The notes: generated by a model from the sequence alone, not told the origin. A stretch of DNA of 64,000 bases from Azolla caroliniana (GCA_043228905.1 JBHGNT010000005.1:10168001-10232000); one strand, 5' to 3'. Counted from the first letter of the stretch, positions 1-13,113 are shown. Program-made: numbers and translations.

Positions 1-187
1 TCACCAGTTGCTTCGTAACAACCTAATTCAATCAAAGACATAAGAGTTCTATAAGAGGACAATTTTCTTTTTGAGTAACAAAGAGTAATGTGTGATCATT
101 ATCTCCAAGAGAGTGCCTTCTCATAGTTTTCTCTTGAAGCAAAATATTCACTTGCACCTTCGTCATTTACCGAGGCACAAAAATTAT

Positions 188-520
188 TGTTGAGAGATGA
201 AGCTCAACTTAGTTTAGTTAGTTAGTCAACCATGTAACTTCGTAGTTACCTAGATAGAATCTAGTTAGAAGTGTTGACTATAACGCCTTAAATAGGACCT
301 TGTACTTAAGTGGGATATTCTAGATCCTCCACTCCCAAGTACATTTAATATAGGACTTACACCCTTGTACCTATATTCTCCTCACACATGTGCACCCTTG
401 CACATGAGATCTATATATACCTAATTGTGAGTATTTTTGTATTTGATGATACTAATTTAATATAGAGTTAATCATCCCCCATCTTGTGTTGTTCATAAGT
501 GTTAACTTCCTCTCTCTTTT

Positions 521-554
<34 letters not shown>

Positions 555-628
555 CACTTAATCTTTCGCTTAGCTTAATCACATAATTAGGCACTAATTA
601 ACCTTGCTTAATTACCTAATTCTTAACA
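188..628 (+). repeat. 5' LTR of Copia A
   Basis: Near-identical to 27635-28065; starts TGTTGAGAG, ends TTAACA; contains a (CA)n tract. Confidence 0.95.
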
Positions 629-640
629 TGGTATCAAAGC
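629..640 (+). promoter_or_regulatory. Primer-binding site, tRNA-iMet type
   Basis: TGGTATCAAAGC directly after the LTR; one mismatch to canonical TGGTATCAGAGC. Confidence 0.9.
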
Positions 641-1414
641 ATGTGGTTTAAAAAATCTACGAAGCCACCCGACTCCATGCTTGTGTGTTCGAGACGCCAA
701 CGACAAAATCTGGCTATCGGCTACCGTAGTGCCACTACATAGCACGTGTACGTGATCGAACGAAGAAAAGCAAAAGAATAGAAGACAATAATCAAAATGA
801 ACACACAAATGGGTAGCTCGCTTCCTAGTGAAAAGCTAGACCAGAGCAATTATTCATCTTGGGAGTACAAGATGAACCAATACCTCGTCGGCCAAGGGTA
901 TTGGAGCTACATCAACGACGCTCAAGAAAATTGACCTATCCCAAAGAATGTTGACTACTCAATATGGGGGCAAGTAGCGAGTCGAGTCATGTATTGCTTG
1001 GCAACATGTGTCCACAACCACATGCGTAGCCACATTCGAGACACCAAGAGGCCCAAAGAGGCATGGGAGAACTTAACGAAAATGTTCGCCGCCAACACGA
1101 CCGCCTGAAAGCTTCAACTCCAACAAGGATTGAACAACATTCGACAGGAAGACATGTCCGTGTCGGACTACACTGCCAAGATCAAGAGCATTTGCGATTC
1201 GCTTGACTCCATCAAAATAAACATTGACGAAGACGAGATGGTTCAAGTATGCTTGGGGGGCCTCGCACAACGATTCGACTCGTTGAGGACGACAATCTTG
1301 GCAAGGGAAAACCCTCGTTCGTTCTTCGACCTTCAATCAATGTTAATGGTTGAAGAGAACCATGTCCAGACCAAAATGAAGACATCGAAAGGACAAATGT
1401 TCTTCTCAAATTCG

Positions 1415-2118
1415 TGTTGGGAGACAGGTCCCTCCGGATGGGAAGGGAGAAGAACAGTGCTGATGAACAAACTCGGCCGAGGCCGAAACCGTATGAGGAG
1501 TACCCGGCTACGGAGAGCCGGATGATGCAGACCCGGTGAAGACCGGATGAGGAGTACCCGGCTACGGAGAGCCGGATGGTGCAGACCCGGTGAAGACCGG
1601 ATGAGGAGCACCCGGCTACGGAGAGCTGGATGGTGCAGACCCGGTGAGGAATGCTCACCGGATGAAGAGACATATTCGCAAATATGTTTCTGGGAGTCCA
1701 TCGAGGCTATATTTGTAAATAGCCGAAAAGTCATATTAGTATAAATATGACTTAGGGCAAACTTTTTTGGTGAGTGTGGTTATCATTTCTTGTCTGCGTG
1801 AGATCAGAGCTCGCACAGTGTACAGAGAGAGAGAGAGTGAGAAAGAGGTCGTTGCGTCTATTGTAACCGCCGCCTGTGGCGAAGATCGTGAGCACGAGGT
1901 CGTTGCCTCCGTGAACTCACTGTTTGTACATTTCAACATAGTGATAGTTTGCAGCCTGTGGGCTGCCGTGGTTTTTTCCCTTAGTTTGGGTTTTCCATGT
2001 AAACATCTTGCGTACTCCTCTCTTCTTCGTGTCGTGTTTTATTTCCCGTTTTCTGTGTATGATTCTAAGCTCGGTTGTGGCCAAGCGTTGTGTATAAGGA
2101 GCGCTTGAGTTCTCGACA
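1415..2118. mobile_element. Solo LTR inserted in Copia A gag
   Basis: TGTTGGGAGACAGG...CTCGACA; TSD ATTCG/ATTAG (1 mismatch); removal restores the gag frame FFSNSDGGQGRGRGG; related LTR at 43377-43799. Confidence 0.85.
1490..1650. repeat. 54-bp tandem repeat x3 inside the solo LTR
   Basis: ATGAGGAGTACCCGGCTACGGAGAGCCGGATG...CAGACCCGGTGAAGACCGG repeated three times. Confidence 0.9.
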
Positions 2119-3254
2119 ATTAGGATGGTGGCCAAGGACGAGGTCGAGGCGGTAGAAGAGGTCGATTCGACCCAAACCTTCGACAACAAGACAAAAACCA
2201 TCAACGAACCTTCGGAAGAAGGGGAGCTTCCATGCCAAACAAGGTCGGCAAACGTGGCCCATTGCTTGCCACTATTGCGGCAAAATCGGCCACCACAAAG
2301 AGGAGTGTCGGAAAAAGAGAAGTGAGTCGACTTCGACAAGCCAACAACTCACAAACTACGCCAACAACTCCGAATACGACGACATAGAGTGGACTCTATG
2401 ACAACTTTCGACTCCACAAGCACCTCCAACTCGGAAGACGTGTGGTTCATCAATTCCGACGCCTAACATCACATGACATCCCACAAAGAGTGGTTCAGTG
2501 ATTTGCGCACACTCGATCGATCCGACGTCATAGAGACCGGTGACAACACCACACATCCGATTCGACACATCGGCAACGTTCCATTCGGCAACAATGGCCA
2601 AAAGAATTGCATCAAGAATGTCTTGCACATGCCCACAATAACGAAGAATTTGGTCTCAGTCGGCCAAATCATGGAGCAAGGCATGCGAGTTCGATTCAAC
2701 AACGAAGGTTGTTTCATCAAGAAAGATGGTCGACTCATAGCCAAGGGATGGAGAGACGGTCGTATGTTTGTTACTAATTAGGAACACGGTCTACGGTCAG
2801 TCATTCGACCTAGACCTCCAAGTGGTTGTGGAACAACGAATGGGGCGTCTATGCGTAATGCGTAGGGGAATGTTCCTCGTAACCTATCAGTGTATAAGGG
2901 AGACAACTACAACCGACTCCTTAGCAATGGTTACACTTACGTTTTTTACACGCTCTGGTATTCCAGACACACAGTAGATTAGCCGTAGCTATACACAGAC
3001 TTTCAGAGAAGATAGAATTCTATTACGATATGCTTCTTTACAATTCAAAATTACACGTTCCCTCTATCAGAGGTTTTCTGCCCTTTATATACGTAGGGAC
3101 TATTTAGTTGTTCACGCTTCCTGCATGAACCGTTACATGCGTTATGATCTTATATTATTTCTTATTCCTACGCTCTTGTCCGTCGGTTACTATTTCGGCG
3201 GACAACACCTCGCACGCTTGTGGGTCAATGCCCTGGCACGTCGGACCCATCCCG

Positions 3255-6020
3255 TTAATCTTCTTCCAAAATGGCCCGGATGTTTGGCTTTGCTACGGTG
3301 TCCGCGTTTGGAGGCGACGTAGGGCCCGTAGGTGCATTGTGGTGCGGCTCCCCTGTTTGGTCAACATAGTTTCTCTCAGTGTCGCAGTCGTCATGTGTGG
3401 GCGGTCCGGGTTTGGTGGGTTCTTCTTGAGCTAGCGGATTGGGCTCCGCCGTCGTCGTGCTTGCGGTCAGCCGCGGCTCTGTCTCCATCGTTACTTCCTC
3501 CGTGGTGTCGGCCGTCTTTGTTCGTTCTGGGGAGTGGGGCTGCGATTCCGCCTAGCCCGCACTGTTCTCCGTGTGGTCCGATGATAGCGTGGGCTCCTGT
3601 GGATGGAGCTCCTCTTGGGCAGCAGTTTCACTATCTGGTACTGTGGGGGACTCCGCTCGTCGGTCCGCGTTGTTCACCGTCGTTGTATTTTCTGGTGATC
3701 CGGCCTGAGGTTCCTCTTCTTCGGTCGTGCCCGAAATTGGCGTCGCGCTGGATTCCTCATTTGTTCGCGTGTTGCCGGTTTGTGTGATCTGATGAAATAG
3801 CTCCTCTTGGCTTTCACCAAAATCATCTAAGAGTTGCGCGAGTTCTTCGGAATGTTGGTCCACTAGCGCACGATAGTCTTGCGCTAGGTCCTCGCGTACG
3901 GCCACAATGCTCTCCTCCTTTAGTTTATAGAAACCTCGGCCGTCTTTTTGCCGGTTCTCCCAGTCTGCACGATACGGGTGCAATTCCGCTGCTTGGGTTA
4001 CCCACACCATCCATCCTTTGTCCAACGTTGTTTTCAATTGCGTTGTGAACTGCTCCCGATTTGTTTGGAGAAGGATACGCACGTTGTCTATGATGGCCTG
4101 GCAACGGTTGCGTGCGTCCTCCATCGACTTCTGGAGGTTTGCAAATTTCTTGATGCCTAACTGCCACCGCTTCTTCGTATGTGGTCTTCAGGCCCGCCCA
4201 CAGTTGGGATTCCTTTGCGTGTTGTTCTTCTAATTTCCCCATTTCATTGTTTAGGCGGATTTCAAGCTGATGCCTTCTTTCCTGTTCGACCACCAACTGC
4301 TCGTCGAACCATACCTTCTTTTTCTCTAACAAGGCCTGGAGTCCCGCGATTGACGTCTCCGATTTCTTCGCCTCATCCCGTAATTGGGCATTTTCGTCTT
4401 TTGTCCAGATGTGCTGAGCTACTTCCATAGCAAGTTTCACTTCAAGGGTTTTTACTGCCTTCCGGCCGTTCGCCCGGATCTCCTTTTCTCTGTCTGAGGA
4501 TTGGCGTAGTTTAGCTCGAAGGCGGTCAATTTCTGATTCTGCTAGCTGCACGACCCTTTTCGCTTTTGAGGCGATGGCGGTCTGAGCCTCAATTTCTTCC
4601 TTCAAAGCGTCGATGGCATGATTTGGTGCCGGAGTTGCGTGTTGCGCCGTAGTCGCGTTAGTGTCCAATTCCGTGATGCGTTCGTTGGCTTTTTGCAGCT
4701 CGGCTTGGGTCATTTTCACCTTCTTCCAAACATTCTTATTTTTAATGGCCATCTCCTTGGCGCCCGTGCTGACCTTTGCCAGTTCCCTATGGACTTTGAC
4801 TAGGGCCGTGTTTAGTGGGGGTAGCTCCATCCCCACTCGGTGTACCCCAACGTTCCTCCGTCTACCGACCCTGGCTAGCTGGTCCTCATCGTCGCTCTCT
4901 GCCGTTTGTGTTAGGGCGCGATCGATCATCTGGCGCTCCGCGTGCTCCTCGGCCATTCGTTGGGAGGCTTTTATCTGTTGTGTTGCCAGGAATTCCATGA
5001 GCTCAAAGGAGGTTCCGAACTGTAAGAGGGCGCTGAACTCATGGGCCGTATCCGGGATATCTGGATATGCCAAAAACTCGCTTTCCGCCATCAATACGGC
5101 TTTCCCTCGTTGGGACTGGGTCGTAATGATCGGTCGTGGCTCCTGGATGATTTCGAAGGTGGTATTGGGCTCCGTAGCTGCGGAGCCATCACCTTCGGTT
5201 GTTGTTTCTGCCGCCGTGGGGACTTCTTTGACCAATCCCCGCCCATCTTTCTTGTCTAATCTACGTGGTTTCGGTCTGGGGCTATCCTGTCGTGTTTCGG
5301 TGTCTGGCTCTAGGGCTGCTTCCACGGAACGTGTCGGTCGTTCCTCCTGCGTTGTCTGTGTGTCTAGTTGGGCGGGAGGTGTCGTCCGCGTGTCTGCTTG
5401 GGCGGGTTGGGGTTCCTCTTCCCACTCTGGGCCGCTAACTCCGCTAACCTGCGCTTTGCGGATCGGGGCGGGGGCGTGGGTCGGCTGGGTTGCGGTGTCG
5501 GTAGGCCTCGGGGTGGGAATAGTACCGTAAGGTACTGTTGTATGATCGGCCTGAGCTTTTTTCCTGCCTGATATGCATGCAGGCCTTCCCTTAACGTTGG
5601 CCCCGTGATGACCCCCCAATCGACCGCACGCCCCTCAAAGGTATCGATAATGATGCCCGCCTTCTGTTTGGGCATCCCATATGCGTTGACATGTACGCAA
5701 CCGACCTCTAACAGGAACTTGGCAACCTCACGGAAGAAGGGATCCGACATCTACTTCGTTCTATAGGCCTTGGCGGAGGAGGAATAGGGCCCGAAATATC
5801 GTTGCAACGCCTCTGCAGGAGGGATTTCGAAATGCCTTTCGCCTAGAGATGACAAGTCCAACTTTTTCCGGATGGAAGAGTTGGTGACCATGTCGATTTT
5901 AAGCTTCCTGTCGATGTCCATGGCGTCCGGGTGTGGGGGTGCCTCTAAGACCCGGATGTACCCATCCAGTCGTTTCTCCACGAGCCATCGGCGTAAGGCA
6001 GTAGAGATGAATATCGGCAT
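3255..6020 (-). pseudogene. Extra ORF of Gypsy B between integrase and 3' LTR: N-terminal globular domain plus long coiled coil, frameshifted
   Basis: Overlapping ORFs 5751-6242, 5364-5750, 3925-5619, 3552-4124, 3255-3488; heptad-rich ELQKANERITEL...; homologous copies at 57590-57660/60263-61088 and 58640-59085. Confidence 0.75.
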
Positions 6021-6350
6021 CGCTAGAGTAGGTTCGTGGGAAGGAGACGGGTGGGTTGGAGCTCTGTGATAGGATGGAGGAGAAGGTGAGGGGGAGGAAC
6101 GATGGAAGCGTTGATAGTTAGAAGGTGGGTTTCTATTTTGTGCAGAAGATATTCTATTTCTTTCTTTTTGTGGCTTAGGGTTCATTGGGCGGTGAGCCAT
6201 CGTGGTGCCGTGTGTTCTTGAACTAGGAGTCTGTGCATGCATTTCGTCCTTTTAATAGTGTCGTTATCTTCTCTCTCTTTTTTTTCTTTTTTTTTCATAA
6301 CAGTTATATACAACCTATTTTTACATTGTGGTACAAGTGGGGCCGTCCAT

Positions 6351-8357
6351 TTACGCTGCGGGTTCTCCGGCTCTGTCCTGTTTGGCGGTGAATGGGTTAG
6401 GTGGCGTAGAGCCCAAGTAAGGTTTAAGGAGAAACCCATTCGCCTTTTGCCATACTACTTCCCCGGCCAACGTACCTAGTTGGAACGTGCCTTGTTCCAC
6501 TCCAATTATCCAGTATGGGCCGGTCCAGTGGAATCGTAACTTCCCTGGCATATGGCCCATGCGGGTTTGGAAAACCAGCACCGCTCGGCCGACAACGAAC
6601 TCCTTTTCCCTTGCGTTCCGATGTCGATCCACAAACGCTTTACGTCGTCGTTGTTCCTGCTCCAACACAGCCATGTTGTGTACGCGTTGTTCCCCGAGTT
6701 CGAGTAGCTGGTGGAGCCGTACCTCCTCCGATTTGGCTTTCGAAAGTCGGTCCCGTACCTGAATCCGCAAACTGGGTATCTGAAATTCGACCGGCATCAC
6801 AGCCTCCAGCCCAAATGCTAGTCGAAACGGTGTGGACTGTATGCTTGTTTTGTAGCTGGTTCTATACGCCCATAACGTACTCTGTAATTTGGTATCCCAG
6901 TCTTTTCTATTTTCATTGACGATTTTCTTCAAGATGGTCTACAACGTCTTGTTGGTGGATTTCGCTAACCCATTCGCTTGTGGATAATATGGCGTACTCT
7001 TCTTGTGGACTACGGCGTAATGATGTGTTAGTTCCCGAACCACCATATTGAGAAAGTGACTCCCCTAGTCACTGATGAGCTCAATCGGACAGCCGAACCG
7101 GCACCAGATGTGCTCGTAAAGGAATTTGGTTGTGATAGCCGCCGTATTTTCTCGTAGTGCCTTTGCTTCCACCCACTTGGTGCAATAATCCATAGCTACC
7201 AATATGTATTTATTGCCCGTACGGGCTGCCGCCGGTGTGAAGGGGCCCACAAAATCCAATCCCCACTTTTGGAAGGGGTCTAGCGGTAATACGGGCTGGT
7301 GTGGCATCCTTGCGCCCTCCGTGGGTTGGCCCATCCGTTGACACAAATCACACTTTCTACAATACTCGGATGCGTCCTTCTGCGTTGTTGGCCACCATAA
7401 GCCCGCCTGCCATATTTTCCGGGTTGTAACGTTGCCCGCGTAATGGCCGCATTTCCTGCCGCAGTGCGCCTCCCGTAAAACTGCTTCTTTCTCATCCTAA
7501 CGTACCCCACGTCGCCATATGCCGTCACTTCCTTTGTGATATAAAACTCCTTCTACAAGGCAGAAGTGACGGCTTCGGACGGCTAGTCGTTTCTTCTCGT
7601 CCGTGCGTAATTGTGGTGGAGGCAGTCTCGTAGTTAAAAAGTATGTCATTTCCATAAGCCACCGGTCCGGAAAGGTCAATTCCATTATGTCTCCTAGTGC
7701 TGCTACCCGCAGGATGTCGGCATCCGAAAAATCGATGCCATCTTTTTGTACTGTTTCTCCATTCTCGAGTCTGCTCAAAAAATCTGCCACTGCGTGTTGC
7801 GTCCCTGGTCGGTGCTGGATTACGAAATCGAATTCTTGGAGTAGCAGCATCCATCACGCCAATTTCCCCGTCAGGGCTTTTTTCTCCACCAAATACAACA
7901 GCGCGGAATGATCCACGTGGAACGTGAACTTCCTTCCTAGGAAATAGTGCCGGAATTTATTGATGTTATAGATCATCCCTAGCGCCTCTCGCTCCGTTGT
8001 GGAATAATTATGCTCTGTTGTTGACAATTTGCGACTGGCGTAGTACATTGGCCGGTACCAGTTTGGTTCGGTGAGCTGCATTAGCGCACTCCCTATTGCT
8101 ATGTCTGATGCGTCGACGAACACGTGGAATGGCTTTGCCCAAACTGGTGGTTGTACGACAAGGGCCTGTGTGAGCATTATCTTAAGTGCTTCATAGGCCT
8201 TGTCCTCCGTTGCGGTCCATTGGAAGGGAGTCCAATGTACGACAACATGTAACAGCGTGGCGAAGTCCGCCAAATATCGTATCATTCGACTATGCCACCG
8301 TATTTGTCCTAAAAACCGGCCAAGTGATTTCGCGTTTGTCGGAGTTTTGGCTTGCGT
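6351..8357 (-). pseudogene. Gypsy B pol C-terminal part: RNase H and integrase
   Basis: PFHVFVDASDIAIG, ASRKLSTTEHNYSTTEREAL, FQKWGLDFVGP, WAYRTSYK, WTGPY; in-frame stops. Confidence 0.95.
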
Positions 8358-8840
8358 AATCGGGTAAAAGCATGCGAGTGGAAACACTATTATAGCTAAT
8401 TAGCTACTAAAATGGCCATAGCTAATTAGCTATTTGTTTAGCTAGTCTTTCTTGTGGGAAAATCAAATATTTGAAAAACTAATTTATGAAAAAACTCAAA
8501 TATTTGAACTTCTGTTTCAGACGTAGTGGAACTTGGGGAATATCACCATCATCTAAGGTCGACTTCAATGTCATCAATTTCCTGTTTAGCCTAAGTCTGA
8601 TTTTGAACGCAGATGGAGTACTCAGAGCACGAACGCAGACGTAGCTCCCGCAACAGCAAAAAATCGACATTGCAGATTGAGAGCTACAACACAGAACCCG
8701 CTCGATCATCGTCCAGGTATGTTTCAGTTACAGAAACCCCAAACATTTGTTTTTTCTATTTGACTACTGTCTGAACTTTGGTGCCGATTCATATTTCCCC
8801 AAAATCGAATAGGGCGAAGTCCTTGGAGTCCCATACAAGG

Positions 8841-11800
8841 ATGTCTCGCAAATCGGGGAGTAGCAACAGGTGTGTTTATATTACTTTTTTTGTGTTTAAT
8901 CCTGTCTTTAGTGATTAGGGTTTGTGATTGAAATTTCTGATTAGGGTTTGTGATTGAAATTTCTGATTAGGGTTTTTGATTATAAATTTCTGATTAGAAT
9001 TTCTGAATAGGGTTTCTGGTTACAAATTTTGATTACAAATTAGAATTTCTGAATAGGGTTTTTGTTTATAAATTTCTGCTTAGGATTTCTGATTAGGGTT
9101 TGTGATTGAAATTTTTTATTAGGGTTTCTGATTGAAATTTCTGATTAGGGTTTTTGATTATAAATTTCTGATTAGAATTTCAATAAGGTTTCTGGTTACA
9201 AACTTCTGATTACATATTTTGATTAGGGTTTCTGATTTCAAACTTCTGATTACAGATTTTGATTAGGGTTTCTGATTTCAAATTTCTGAATACAAATTAT
9301 GATTAGGGTTTCTGATTTGCTAAGTTAAAGATTTTGCACCATTTTTGTTGTTGTTGATTGGGGTTTTTGATTCTCACATATTCTAATTTTGCACTATTTC
9401 TGATTTCTGAAATGATATTTCAGATGGCTCGTTCCTCCGTATACGAGAGTGCTAAACTTCGCAAAATTTTGCGAGACAAAGGAGGACTTCCACAACACCT
9501 ATGGTCTGTCACTCGAGGGTGTTGACCCTGCTGTCCTAAGTGATAAATTGATCAGTGATATAGACTGGATGACAGTATATACAGTGCCTAGAGTCAAAGG
9601 CAAGGTCAAGCTGAAGCATGTACGAGCCGACTTGTACGATGACTGCATGAGACTGCACCAGAAAGTTCATCAGGAGATCCCAGTCAACAATGAGTTGTCA
9701 GTTTCATTTGCTAGAGCATTTGCATATGAGTACTGCAAAACAGCGAAGGAATCTAGAGACCCTGAAATGTATAGGGTAGCTTGGGCAGTCTATGGTGAGG
9801 CATCGGTAAAAAGATGCCGAAAGATGGGGACCTTGGCACAAAAAATAGACAGATTTTGGAGCATGGCAGCTGTTGATGCAACTGCCGACTCCCAGCAAGA
9901 CCGGGGGCATACACCACACCGACACCCAAGGAAAGCCAATGTCGATGATACAGGTGAGACATTGGTTAGCTATATGCTAAAAAATGTCCATGAAGCCTGT
10001 GAGACATTGGCATTTTTTAAGACTGATTTAGAGAAAGCCACAATGGCTTCTGCAATGGAGAGCAAAGTTACTTCTGCTGTTACAACAATTAGAAATAAGA
10101 TTCAGGTAACTATTGTTTTGCTGGTATGTGATTGTGTTATAAATAACGGGTAAAATGTGCTAATCAAGCATTATCTGGAATAGGTTGCGCAACAGGAGCT
10201 TGAATTAGAGGGGCCACTGGATCCCCAGCGTAAAATAGAACTGCAAATAGAGATCCAGGTTCTTTCAATGAACCTGGACCTTCTAGGTGTAAATACTGTT
10301 GCAGATTACAATTTGGATAAGCTTCAAGTAAGTTAACGATTCCTGAGCAAAGTTGGTGTATCTTTCAACAACAAGAATAATTAATCGGTAAATTTCTTTG
10401 TTGCGTTGAAGGAACAATACATTCATCAAGAACAGGTAGTTAGCTGCCTTAAGAAGAAGCTACATTTTGTGGAGGGAATGGTAAGGACCAGACAGGATAT
10501 GGACCTGAACATTCTTGCTCCCTTACCAAATGAAGTAGAACCAGAAAATGATTTATTGACAGTTCAAGCACGTTGCATCGCTTGCGGGTTAGGTGTGGAG
10601 GACAAAACTGCGTCTTTGTTGGTTCACCTACAACCATGCAACCACACATACCATCTGCTTTGTTTTCAACATGCCTGTCGAATTGCTGCATTCTGTTTGG
10701 GAGATTGCAGTACAACTCTACCAAATGAGTGGAGAAAACAAACAGGTATACCATACTGTAGCTAATAAGCTTAGTCTTTTCTAATTAGCTATCCTACTAG
10801 CTAATTAGCTACTGGCAGCTAATGAGCTACTAGCTAATTAGCTATCCTAGTAGCTAATTAGCTATGGTACTAGCTAATTAGCTAGTACCATAGTTGTGTA
10901 AAAAAGCTAAATAGTTGTGTAAAGCTAATAAGCTAATTAGCTACTGCCATAGTTGTGTAAAGTAGCTAATAAGCTATCCTAGTAGCTAGTTAGCTATGGT
11001 ACTAGCTAATTAGCTAGTACCATAGTTGTGTAAAAAAGCTAATTAGCTATCCTACTAGCTAATTAGCTACTGGCAACTAATTAGCTATCCTACTAGCTAA
11101 TTAGCTATCCTACTAGCTAATTAGCTACTGACATAGTTGTGTAAAGTAGCTAATAAGCTATCCTAGTAGCTAGTTAGCTATGGTACTAGCTAATTAGCTA
11201 GTACCATAGTTGTGTAAAAAAGCTAATTAGCTATCCTACTAGCTAATTAGCTACTGGCAACTAATTAGCTATCCTACTAGCTAATTAGCTATCATAGTAG
11301 CTAATTAGCTACTGACATAGTTGTGTAAAGTAGCTAATAAGCTATCCTAGTAGCTAATTAGCTACTGGCAGCTAATTAGCTATCCTAGTAGCTAATTAGC
11401 TACTGGCAGCTAATTAGCTGTCCTAGTAGCTAATAAGCTATCCTAGCTACTACATAGTTGAGAAAGTAGCTAATTAGCTTTCATTGTAGCTAATTAGCTA
11501 TCCTAGCTACCACCATAGTTAGTAAAGTAGCTAATTAGCTATCCTAGCTACTACCATAGTTAGTAAAGTAGCTAATTAGCTATCCTAGCTACTACCATAG
11601 TTGAGTAAAGTAGCTAATTAGCTACCATAGTAGCTAATTAGCTATCCTAGCTACTACTATAGTTGTGTAAAGTAGCTAATAAGCTATCATACTAGCTAAT
11701 TAGCTATCCTAGTAGGTAATTAGCTATGGTACTAGCTAATTAGCTAGTACTATAGTTGTGTAAAAAAGCTAATTAGGTATCCTACTAGCTAATTAGCCAC

Positions 11801-13113
11801 TGGCAACTAATTAGTTATCCTAGTAACTAATTAGCTACTGCCATAGTTGTGTAAAGTAGCTAATAAGCTATCCTAGTAGCTAATTAGCTACTAGCAGCTA
11901 ATTAGCTATCCTAGTAGCTAATTAGCTACTAGCAGCTAATTAGCTATCCTAGTAGCTAATTAGCTATCCTACTAGCTAATTAGCTACTACCATAGTTGAG
12001 TAAAGTACCTAATTAGCTATCCTACTAGCTAATTAGCTACTACCATAGTTGAGTAAAGTACCTAATTAGCTATCCTACTAGCTAATTAGCTACTGCCAAC
12101 TAATTAGCTATCCTAGTAGCTAATTAGCTATCCTACTAGCTAATTAGCTGCTGGCAACTAATTAGCTATCCTACTAGCGAATTAGCTATCCTAGCGAATT
12201 AGCTATCCTAGTAGCTACTGCCATAGTTGTGTAAAGTAGCTAATAAGCTATCCTAGTAGCTAATTAGCTACTGGCAGCTAATTAGCTATCCTAGTAGCTA
12301 ATTAGCTACTGGCAGCTAATTAGCTATCCTAGTAGCTAATTAGCTACTGGCAGCTAATTAGCTGTCCTAGTAGCTAATAAGCTATCCTAACTACTACCAT
12401 AGTTGAGTAAAGTACCTAATTAGCTATCCTAACTACTACCATAGTTGAGTAAAGTACCTAATTAGCTATCATACTAGCTAATTAGCTATCGTACTAGCTA
12501 ATTAGCTATCCTAGCTTCTACCATAGTTTAGTAAAGTAGCTAATTAGCTATCCTAAATAACTGTCATGTTATTGTAGAATCTTGTGGATTAAGGACGGCA
12601 CATGATGTGTCTGGTGCTGATGATGCTGCAACAGATGAGGATACTACTGCCAATGTGGCTGAAAGTAAGAGTCCTGCTATCACATCTCCTTCAGATCAGC
12701 TGCACCCTATTCTTTTGGAACAGTGTACTGAATTAGGCAACGATGTGAAATGCCATGAAATAGTGGAAACAACATGTAAAACTGAGGTTCACAACAACAG
12801 TGTTTATGAACACTTGATGCAACATTTCTTCGAGTCTCAAGACCTTGATTCCACCCCACCGAGCCCAACTACTGAAAATGTCCAAACAGATCCCTCTGTA
12901 CTTGAAAAGCTAGTTCAAGAAACGGCTGATGTGCAATTAGCTGCTGAGGCGATGGGAAGGTTGTCGGAGGAGGACACACTTGCGCATTGGGTCCTAGAAG
13001 CAAGGCTAAATGGGGAACCAACCAGAAAAAGGCTGAAGAAGGGGCCACGATCGGGAACAAGACCAATTACTCGGTCAAGGGGCCCAGACGTAGTGGAGCG
13101 AAATACTGTTTAG
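8841..13113 (+). CDS. Transposon-borne 5-exon gene, ~574 aa: unknown N-terminal domain, coiled coil, RING-H2 finger, acidic tail
   Basis: Exons 8841-8869, 9424-10105, 10184-10327, 10412-10745, 12578-13113 with GT-AG boundaries and matching phases give 1725 nt open; C-x2-C-x17-C-x-H-x2-H-x2-C-x10-C-x3-C. Confidence 0.7.
8905..9370. repeat. Telo-box-like tandem repeat (GATTAGGGTTTCTGATT...) in the intron after the first coding exon of the RING gene
   Basis: About ten copies of TTAGGGTTT in ~27-bp degenerate units. Confidence 0.85.
10760..12555. repeat. Palindromic TAGCTAATTAGCTA satellite, array 1 (predicted intron 10746-12577)
   Basis: Dozens of 14-bp perfect palindromes in ~21-bp units, with CATAGTTGTGTAAAG spacers. 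Confidence 0.95.

Larger units (their letters stand above)
809..2768 (+). pseudogene. Copia A gag-protease (stops, frameshifts; split by a solo LTR)
   Basis: MGSSLPSEKLDQSNYSSWEYKM, UBN2-like IRQEDMSVSDYTAKIKSICDSL, RGG-rich tract, protease region SHHMT...KNVLHMPTITKNLVSVGQ. Confidence 0.9.

Noticed and set aside
4661-5530. 289-aa plus-strand ORF as a separate gene
   Set aside because: Antisense shadow of the Gypsy extra ORF; Ser-rich with no domain features.
8905-9370. Interstitial telomere
   Set aside because: TTAGGG motifs are separated by ~20-bp spacers; this is not a (TTTAGGG)n run.
9424-9525. ATG at 9424 as start of the cargo gene
   Set aside because: That frame stops after ~33 codons; splicing from the ATG at 8841 gives the long frame.
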